DNA of 64,000 bases from a virus: IMG/VR virus record IMGVR_UViG_3300035182_001904. One strand, written 5' to 3'. The translations under genes and the position numbers were made by a program. The notes beneath the pieces are model-generated. The model searched no databases and had not been told where the DNA came from. It worked only from the letters and a program-made list of their open reading frames with translations. The first letter of the stretch is position 1; the number at the start of each line of letters is the position of its first letter. Shown here in pieces: positions 54,187 through 62,700 of the stretch.

Positions 54187-55113
54187 CTATTTGCCGCGAC
54201 AATGGCGCCACATGGAGCACCACTTCTTGTCGCACCACCAGTTCGAGGGATCGGTCATCTGGAAGTGCCCCGTGGACACGCCGTAGGCGATCCCGTGTGC
54301 AACGCCCATGACGACCGCTTCGGCGTGCTTGACCATCTTGTCCGAGATGACGCCGGTGAGCTTCTCGTAGCGAGGACGTGGCACCTTCGCCCGTCCCTTG
54401 ACGACCATGTCGACCTGAACATCGGGAACATGCTCGACGCCGGCGTAGACTGCGAACTGCAGGTCGTTGGCGAGGTCGCTCTCGGACCACTTGTCCGTGA
54501 CGACCTTGAGGTCATGTACACGCTTGGGCTTGACGGGCTGCTTGGACCCGAGTGCCTCGCGGATGTCCTGGTACTCCTGCTCGGTGTGCGACTGCACCTG
54601 GATGCTGTCGATACGGCCGAGCACCGGAAGCTTGACCTTGCCATCCGCGGAACGGAACACGGCGTGGAAGGTCTTCTCGACCTCGATCGGCGTCGCATCG
54701 ACCGCCGCCTCGTCATAGTAGGCGTTCGTGCACTTCACGCCGGTGTCCTTGACCGAGCCCTCGTCCTCACCCTCCCAGTCCTCGATCAGCTTCTTCGTCT
54801 CGTTGAACGAGTCCGAGTAGGCGTCCATCGCCATCTCCCGCGTGGGCAGGGTGCCGGTCTCGAGCCGCCCCTTGAGCACCTTCTCGACCGCGTTGTGCAC
54901 CTGAATCCCCTGGAACATGCGCGCGACGGTGCGTCGCGGCTTGTGCTCGAGATAAGCGAGCTGCCACGACTTGGGACACTTGAGGAACATGCCGACCTGT
55001 GACGGCGACAGATAGCCGCGAGGCAAGATGTCGACCAGCTCGGGTTCGACGTCAGCGGGCACTTCGATCGCGGGGTCGAGAAACGCTTCGACCTCTTCCA
55101 TTCCTGTGGTCAT
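54187..55113 (-). CDS. second PD-(D/E)XK (Cas4/RecB-like) nuclease
   Basis: YLSPSQ...CPKSW, GRID, HDLK and C-terminal WCDKKWC...C. Confidence 0.8.
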   Translation of the reverse strand: MTTGMEEVEAFLDPAIEVPADVEPELVDILPRGYLSPSQVGMFLKCPKSWQLAYLEHKPRRTVARMFQGIQVHNAVEKVLKGRLETGTLPTREMAMDAYSDSFNETKKLIEDWEGEDEGSVKDTGVKCTNAYYDEAAVDATPIEVEKTFHAVFRSADGKVKLPVLGRIDSIQVQSHTEQEYQDIREALGSKQPVKPKRVHDLKVVTDKWSESDLANDLQFAVYAGVEHVPDVQVDMVVKGRAKVPRPRYEKLTGVISDKMVKHAEAVVMGVAHGIAYGVSTGHFQMTDPSNWWCDKKWCSMWRHCRGK

Positions 55114-55502
55114 CGCTTTCCTCCTGGGAAGTCAAGGGACTCCCCTTCCATGAGTTGACGTTCGGGTGTCGGAAACTTGCCTGGGTTGGTCGCGGCTGCT
55201 TTGGCGGAGGCCCGCAGGATTGCATCCATGTCGACAGGCGCCTGGCCTCCATCAACAACAGCGAGTGCGGGCGGTGCCGCCGCCGACTCTTGTCGCGCGT
55301 ACTCGTCGAGGGTGGTTACACCGCTCGAGGTGATCACCGGCGATGACGACGGCACATCATCGCGCGTCACCTCGACCGACACGACCGCCTTGTTCTTGGA
55401 GAACTTGATGTCGTCCTCCGAGGCTGAAATGCCTTGTTGGGCCAAGTCCTGTTTGATCAGGCGCGTGATGTCGGACGCCTCGTACGTGACTACAATCTTC
55501 AT
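55110..55502 (-). CDS. hypothetical protein
   Basis: ORF track; ATGA overlaps. Confidence 0.65.
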   Translation of the reverse strand: MKIVVTYEASDITRLIKQDLAQQGISASEDDIKFSKNKAVVSVEVTRDDVPSSSPVITSSGVTTLDEYARQESAAAPPALAVVDGGQAPVDMDAILRASAKAAATNPGKFPTPERQLMEGESLDFPGGKR

Positions 55503-57484
55503 TTGGCCCTCTCAGGTAGCATGGGCAAGGCATACGCCTTGATGACGGGGCGGTCCACCTTCTTGGGGTGGATGCACCCTAGCTGAAAGGGTTCAATCCC
55601 CTTCGCAAGACATATGATGTTTTTCGGACATAGCGCGCATTCAATCTTGTTCGTGAGCATCGAATCGACATCGATTTTGTGATCGAGCAAATGGGCTACC
55701 GCCAGCTCAAGCGTTCCCTGCCCGATCATCCTGTACACGGTAACCTTGTCGTTCTGTCCAATCCGATAGTTTCGGTCCAAGCATTGCGAGTACGAATTCA
55801 GCGAATACGGCAACGAGCTGTAGATCATGTACGTCGCCGAATTCAACGTGATGCCGAGGCCTGTGGTGACTTGGCCGATGTAGACGCGGACGGCAGGGGC
55901 GTCGTTGAACGCGTCGACGGAGGCCATCGGGTCTCGTGAACCGCCATCGACCCGTACGTACCCAATCTCTTCGGCGTTCAACCGCTCCTCGATCAGGTCC
56001 ATCTCAATGTGAAACGCGCACCAGATGATCACCTTGTGGTGCGGCGTTTCAAGAATCCCGTCGAGCAGCTCCATGATCGATTCGAGCTTGGGGTGCTCGT
56101 CAAACGTGATGGTCGTGGAGGGCCATGGCGTCGCGTCAACCAGGCACCGTGGGGTGCGTGGTTGAATCTGCCGCGCGACACAGGCGTCACGGTGTTCACA
56201 CGGCAAGCCTCCCCGGGCCGAGTCGCAGTAGAAGGGATCCTTCTCGCTCTTGATGAGGAAGCCTGACGTGATCTGCAAAAGCTTCATCAAGGCCGCCGCT
56301 CGGTGCGGCATCTCGATGGCAGAAAGTTGGTGCGGGAGAATGGGCTTCGCACCAATCTCCCCGGACCGAATCTGGATCCCTAGCTTACCCAGCACCTCGG
56401 GGTCGATGCCCATGTCGATGACGATCTTGTCGTACGCAACGGTCTGAGCGCGTGTAAGGGTATACTCTACGTCCACAAAGGAGCGTGTTGGCAGGTCCAA
56501 GCACTGCTCTTTGGTACGACGGATCGACAAGAAGGTCGTACGTGCATTGATGACGTCGAGATTCTTGTAACCAACCACGATAGGAGAGTTGGCGCCTCGC
56601 GTGACAACGAACGTTTTTTTGTACTTCCAGTACGTCTCGGGCATGAAGCAGTCGCCCAGGATTTTGTAGGGGCCGTACAGGTCGAGAGGATTCCCCTCGG
56701 TGGGGGACCCCGTCATGAGGATGCGGCGCATCGCCTTCTGTGCGATCTCATGCGTCGTCTTGGTGCGCTCGGACTGCCAGGTCTTCACGCCATGGCTTTC
56801 ATCGCAGACCAGAACGCCGTAAGGCAGCCGTTCTACGAGGAAATCCACTAAACTTCTCGCAGTGTCGTACGTCGAAAGAACCATGTCGGTGCCCTCGGCG
56901 GCAGCGCGTTCGATGATCTCGCGCTTCTGCTTGGGCGTTCCGACCAGCGCGGCCCACGTGAGCTGGCGGCCCGAGTGAAGGTCGATCTGCCGACCCCAGT
57001 TCCGCACGGTGACGCGCGGCCCGAGCACCAGGGCCGTGGCGCGGTTGCCGGTGTGGCGCAACAAACGCAGGAGATCGATCGCGATCTTCGACTTGCCGAG
57101 ACCAGGATCGTAGAACAACGCCGCCCGCATGTTGTAGAACACGTGGCAGAGTCCTTCAACCTGATGCTGGTATGGCGCCGTGACGTATTCAAATCCCGTG
57201 GGCAAGGTCAGCGCTTCCAAGCGTCGGCGCACATCCTCGAGCGCCTCGATGTGGCGTTGGGCCACGTCCGAGATCACCACGTCAACGTCGGAAGCCACTG
57301 CTTGAAGGTCCGCGATGACCTTGCTGGATGCAGGGAAGAACGCGGGGTACATCCACAAGGCCCGCGAAGCGTCCCATGTAGCGCCAAACACGCGACTGTA
57401 CGTAGCATTCTGTCCGTGAACCAGAAACACGGGCGTGCCGTTGCCCGCGCGTCCGACGCGGATCTCCATTCGGGGTCGACCCAT
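55499..57484 (-). CDS. SNF2-family helicase
   Basis: DPGLGKS, CDESH, MTGSP, GLGITLNSA and DRNYRIGQ. Confidence 0.9.
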   Translation of the reverse strand: MGRPRMEIRVGRAGNGTPVFLVHGQNATYSRVFGATWDASRALWMYPAFFPASSKVIADLQAVASDVDVVISDVAQRHIEALEDVRRRLEALTLPTGFEYVTAPYQHQVEGLCHVFYNMRAALFYDPGLGKSKIAIDLLRLLRHTGNRATALVLGPRVTVRNWGRQIDLHSGRQLTWAALVGTPKQKREIIERAAAEGTDMVLSTYDTARSLVDFLVERLPYGVLVCDESHGVKTWQSERTKTTHEIAQKAMRRILMTGSPTEGNPLDLYGPYKILGDCFMPETYWKYKKTFVVTRGANSPIVVGYKNLDVINARTTFLSIRRTKEQCLDLPTRSFVDVEYTLTRAQTVAYDKIVIDMGIDPEVLGKLGIQIRSGEIGAKPILPHQLSAIEMPHRAAALMKLLQITSGFLIKSEKDPFYCDSARGGLPCEHRDACVARQIQPRTPRCLVDATPWPSTTITFDEHPKLESIMELLDGILETPHHKVIIWCAFHIEMDLIEERLNAEEIGYVRVDGGSRDPMASVDAFNDAPAVRVYIGQVTTGLGITLNSATYMIYSSLPYSLNSYSQCLDRNYRIGQNDKVTVYRMIGQGTLELAVAHLLDHKIDVDSMLTNKIECALCPKNIICLAKGIEPFQLGCIHPKKVDRPVIKAYALPMLPERAK

Positions 57485-57527
57485 AGGGCGTCCGCCTTTC
57501 TATCATGTGATGATTGCGGGGTAAACC

Positions 57528-59318
57528 ATGGCCACTGATGGAATGTTCGACCCGGGTATCTCCGACCTGTCGACGCAAAACACGTCGTCGCACGGAAGTC
57601 CGCTCTTCGATTTCCTCACGGCGTTCGCGCCACGGAAGCTCAAGGACCTCTTCCGACTGTGCGAGTACCTCTACTTCAACAGCGCGCAGATCTACGCCGC
57701 GCTCCAGAAGTTCTGCACGTACCCCGTCACCGACATCATCTACGAGACGCAGAACGAGGCGCTCAAGAACTACTACGAGGACCTCCACGACAAGACGCTG
57801 AAGACGAAGCGCGTCTTGATCCGCGCGGCCGTCGACAAGTTCGTTTACGGCAACGCGTTCTTCTCGATGTACGCGCCGTTCGTGCGCTTCCTGAAGTGTC
57901 CGCGCTGCCAGTCGCTGACGAACATCCACCAGGTCACCTACAAGTTCAACCTGAAGAAGCTCGCCTTCAACTACGCATGCAAAGGCTGCAACGTGAAGGT
58001 GGACATCGGTGAGAAGGACGTCATCGACCGCAAGATCACACGCAAGGACCGCATCTCGGTGATCCGTTGGGACCCGAAGTTGATGGACATCGACTACAAC
58101 CCCATCACCGGGCACAGCGAGTACTACTACACGATCCCCAAGGAGATTAAGGAACGCTGCGCCAAGGGGAACAAGCACCTCATCGACACGATGCCGATGG
58201 AGTTTTTGAAGACGATTCGCTCGGACAAGATCTTCAAGTTCGCGGAAGGTCAAGTCTTCCACATGCGCATGGACGCGCCCGCGGGCATCGAGGCTCAATG
58301 GGGCTTCCCGCCGCTCGCATCGACGATCAAGCTGTTCTTCTACGCGGCGGTGCTGCGCAAGGCGAACGAAGCGATCGCGCTCGACTACATCGTCCCGCTG
58401 CGCATCATCTCGCCGAAGCAGTCGTCGGCGAACGCCGATCCGATGACCACCATCTCGTTGGCCAAGTGGTCCGACGAGATGAAGACCAGCGTCAAGAAGT
58501 GGCGGCGAGATCCCCTCCACATCATGTGGTCACCGATCCCCGCGGAGGTCACGCACCTTGGTGGCCAAGCCCGTGCGCTCATGACGCTCGGCGAGGTCCA
58601 GGCTGCCGAAGACAACATCATCGCTGCAATGGGCCTGCCCAAGGAGTTCATCTACGGCGGCTTCTCTGCGATGGGCTCGGGCATCCAGCTTCGCGTGCTC
58701 GAGAACCAGCTCGTTCACCAAACGGGTGACCTCAACGACCTCCTGCAGTGGGTCACAGACAAGTCGGCCAAGCAGCTGGGGCGTGGCACGGTGACGTGTT
58801 CGCTCGCACCCTTCCGCTTCATCGATGACGTTCAGCAGAAGGCGCTGCTCCTGCAGCTCAACGGCGCCGACCCTTCGACGGGCCCGTGGATCTCCAAGCG
58901 GACCATGGGCGAGGCGTTCGACATCGACCCGTCCGACGAGCGCAAGTGGCGCATGCAGGAAGCAATCGACGACGCGCGAACTGCACAGGAGCTGCAGGTC
59001 GAGATGCAGAAGCGTCAGAACAATCTGGGCTCACAGGCACGAGCCCAAGCGCAGATGGGTCAGCAGGGTCTCTCCTACGACCAGCAGGCGGTGATCGCGC
59101 AGGCAGATCAGGTGATCCAGCAGCTGATGGGCCTGGACCCCGGGAGCCGGCAATCGCAGATGCACGCGCTGCAGACCGAGGACATGGTGATGTACGCGGT
59201 CGTCAAGGAACGCATGCATGACCAGACCACTCAGCAGAACCAACAGGCGATCGCGGCAGCCCGTCAAGGCGGCGATCCTTCCGGCGGTGGCGCACCACCC
59301 GCAGCGCCAGGTATGTAA
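57528..59318 (+). CDS. putative portal protein
   Basis: About 600 aa helical protein with the portal-like sequence AALQKFCTYP...YGNAF, WGFPPL, IIAAMGLPKEFI and a Gln-rich tail; inferred without a search. Confidence 0.55.
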   Translation: MATDGMFDPGISDLSTQNTSSHGSPLFDFLTAFAPRKLKDLFRLCEYLYFNSAQIYAALQKFCTYPVTDIIYETQNEALKNYYEDLHDKTLKTKRVLIRAAVDKFVYGNAFFSMYAPFVRFLKCPRCQSLTNIHQVTYKFNLKKLAFNYACKGCNVKVDIGEKDVIDRKITRKDRISVIRWDPKLMDIDYNPITGHSEYYYTIPKEIKERCAKGNKHLIDTMPMEFLKTIRSDKIFKFAEGQVFHMRMDAPAGIEAQWGFPPLASTIKLFFYAAVLRKANEAIALDYIVPLRIISPKQSSANADPMTTISLAKWSDEMKTSVKKWRRDPLHIMWSPIPAEVTHLGGQARALMTLGEVQAAEDNIIAAMGLPKEFIYGGFSAMGSGIQLRVLENQLVHQTGDLNDLLQWVTDKSAKQLGRGTVTCSLAPFRFIDDVQQKALLLQLNGADPSTGPWISKRTMGEAFDIDPSDERKWRMQEAIDDARTAQELQVEMQKRQNNLGSQARAQAQMGQQGLSYDQQAVIAQADQVIQQLMGLDPGSRQSQMHALQTEDMVMYAVVKERMHDQTTQQNQQAIAAARQGGDPSGGGAPPAAPGM

Positions 59319-59326
59319 GATAACCC

Positions 59327-59710
59327 ATGCCGCAAGACTCAGAAGACTTCGCCGACGTCATCGAAAAGGCCCAGAAGGTCAGCAACGACCTGGGCAGCTT
59401 GTTCGGTGCGCAGAACGGACCGGGGCGTGTTGCGTTCGAACAGCGCGGCAACCGCGGCGGCCCCGAGCTGGACTACGAAGCCCACTCCGAGGTCTTCGCG
59501 CTGCCCGCGGATCGCGACAGCTACGAAGACGTCATGAACCAGGTGCTGCGTGGCGAAGCCATCATGCGCTACGAGGACCGGACCTTCTCGAAAGAGGGCG
59601 ACTTCCTGGTGGCCTTGGTCTACCTGACGCCCCGTGCACGTCCAGCTCCCGTGAACAACCAAGACGCAGGCGACGCCGAACCTGCTGAACGACCGCGACG
59701 GCTGCCCTAA
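59327..59710 (+). CDS. hypothetical protein
   Basis: ORF track; TAAGAT 5 nt before the ATG. Confidence 0.65.
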   Translation: MPQDSEDFADVIEKAQKVSNDLGSLFGAQNGPGRVAFEQRGNRGGPELDYEAHSEVFALPADRDSYEDVMNQVLRGEAIMRYEDRTFSKEGDFLVALVYLTPRARPAPVNNQDAGDAEPAERPRRLP

Positions 59711-59727
59711 CGGAGCCTTGTACCAAA

Positions 59728-62700
59728 ATGCTGCCAAATCTACGACCGATACTCGAGGACGCGGCAACGCGGCGCGAGATGATCCGCAAGAAGGTCGTCG
59801 AAGGCCTCGAGCAGTCGTTCCCGCTCAAGGCCGGCAAGCACACGGTCGAGGTATCGAACGTGCGCGTCGACCCGCAGGACTACTCGTCCCGGGACCAGAA
59901 GCGTGCCGTGCTCGAAGGCAAGACCTTGTCGGAACGTGTGCGCGGTGACGTCACCGTCAAGGACGCGGCGGGCGGCGTAGTCAACCACGCCAAGGACTTC
60001 ACGCTGCTGCAACTGCCGTACTTCACGCCACGGCACACCTTCATCCTCGATGGCACGGAGTACTCCGTCTCGAACCAGCTGAGGACGAAGCCAGGCGCGT
60101 ACGTACGTCGCCGTGGCAACGACGAGCTGGAGGCGACGTTCAACCTGTCGAAGGGCGCGAACTTCCGCGTGTCGATGGAGCCCGAGAAGGGTCTCCTCTA
60201 CATGCAGCCATCGCACACGACCACGAAGATCCCGCTGCATCCAATCCTCCGCGCGCTTGGGATGCCTCACCAGGACATCGCGGCGAGCTGGGGCCCTGAG
60301 ATCGCGGGCATGAATCGCGACGCTTGGAAGAACCCGGACAAGCACGTCAGCAAGCTCTACGAGACGCTCGTGCATCCGGCCAAGCAGACCGCGACCACGA
60401 CGGAAGAGAAATCCCGCGTGCTGCGCGAGTACTTCGACCAGACCTCGATGGACCCCGAGGTCACGACCCACACGCTCGGCTACCCGTACGACAAGGCGTC
60501 GGCGTCTGCAATCCTGGCGGCGTCCAAGAAGCTGCTCGACGTACACAAGGCAGCCGCCGACGTTGACGATCGGGACTCGCTGGCGTTCAAGACGTTCCAC
60601 TCGGCGGACGACTTCATCAAGGAACGCGTGCAGCTCGAGGCTCGGGCGATGCGTGCGAAGCTTGGCTGGAAGCTCGACGCGAGCCACGGGGACCTGAAGA
60701 AGGCGTTGCCGGCAGGCCCGTTCACGCGATCGATGCACGGGCTCCTGGTGGGGTCATCGCTCTCGGCAGTCCCGATGCAGATCAACCCGATGGAGTTGCT
60801 CGACGAAGCGTCACGCGTCACGATGCTCGGCGAGGGTGCGATCGCGTCCGAGCGCGCCATCCCGCTCGAGGCTCGCGACGTCCATCCGACGCACTTCGGA
60901 ATCCTTGACCCTGCAAGGACCCCAGAGTGCTACGACGCCATGACCGAGGTCTTCACGTCACGCGGGTGGAAGCGGTGGCCGGATGTCACTGCGAACGACT
61001 GGCTCGCATGTCGTGTCGATGAACGTCTCGAATTCCACCGCGCGACCAACCTCACGGCACAGCCGTATGAGGGCCTCATGTATGGCCTAGAGACGGGCAA
61101 AATCAATTACCTGGTAACGCCCAACCACCGCGTCTTGTGTAAGCCGCTCGAAACGCGCGGACTCCAACACTGGCGCATCAACCGAGCGGACGAGGTACAC
61201 GGCAAACCGCGTACATTCGACACGGGACACCTGCCGTACGTTGGGGAGAGTGTTGATACGTTTCAGCTCCCCCGGGCCGCCGGCGGCAACGCGGTAAAGA
61301 ATGTTGGCCCGATTGCCATGACGGACTGGGCGTCCTTTATGGGATGGTATCTGTCCGAAGGGTGTTTCAACTTCACCGAAAAAACATTCACGTATCACGT
61401 CCTGATCTCACAGGACGTGAAAAAGAATCCACAAAACTGCGAGATTATCGAAGCACTGCTCCGGCGTATGCCGTTTGCATGGTCACAACGCGGGGGTGAC
61501 ACGTATGTCATCGGCGTTAAGCAGCTAGCGGCATATGTGCAGCAGTTCGGGCACGCGGGGGATAAATACATCCCGGAATACTTTTTTCAGGCGTCGTACG
61601 AAGTACGAGAGAATCTATTCGAAGCTCTCCTGTTGGGAGACGGTCGAAGGTGTAAGGTTCCGTTGCCAGGTGCAACACACGACCGAAATGTACTCTGTAC
61701 TACCAGCGCACGCTTGGCCGTCGATTTTGACCGCCTCGCGATTTCCCTGGGACGCCCAACACGCACCGCGCGCTACGTCGACAAGCGTGAAGAGCGGTAT
61801 CTGGACACGTACGAAGTACGTCCGTTGAAACAACGTTTTCGACAATCGCGGACACGTGAGGAGCAGCGGGGCTACTACACCGAGCACTATCGCGGCAACG
61901 TGTACTGCGCTGAAGTCCCCGGGGGACTGTTGTACGTGCGGCGGAACGGCAGCGTCCCGATTTGGTCGGGCAACTCGTTCAAGGTCGGCGTCGACCTTCG
62001 TGCCACGATCGGTGCGCGGCGCGACGACAAGGGCAACCTCTACGCGCCGGTCTACGACGTCGCTGCGAAGAAGTCGACGTACCTCAAGGCCGGTGACATG
62101 GCGAAGTCGATCATCGCGTTCCCTGGTGAACACCTGGGACCGGGGAAGATCGTCGATGCGATGGCGCATGGCGTCGTATCGCGCGTGTCGTCGGATCGCG
62201 TGACCCACCAACTGGAGCATGTCGCAGACCAGTATGGGCCCACGTCGAACCTCCTGCCGCTGCTCTACGGCATCCAGGCGAACCGCGTGCTCATGGCGAG
62301 CAAGCACCAGGGCCAAGCACTGCCGTTGACGCATCGTGAGGCGCCGCTCGTCCAGGTTGCATCGTGGAAGCCAGGGACGTCGGTCGAACGGGAGATGGTC
62401 AAGCTGATCGTCCCGACCGCACGACAGGCCGGCACGATCACGAAGATCGATGACGACTGGATCCACATCGAGCCGGACGCGAAGACGGCCGCGCTCACGA
62501 CGAAGCTCCACTACGACACCAACCTTCCGCTCGCCGCCAAGACGATGCTGCACAACACGCTGACCGTGAAGGTCGGCGACCGTGTCGAGAAGGACCAGCT
62601 CCTCGCTGACTCGAACTTCACCAAGGACGGCACGCTCGCGTTGGGCACGAACCTGCGGGTGGCATACATGCCGTACCGCGGCCTCAACACCAACGACGGC

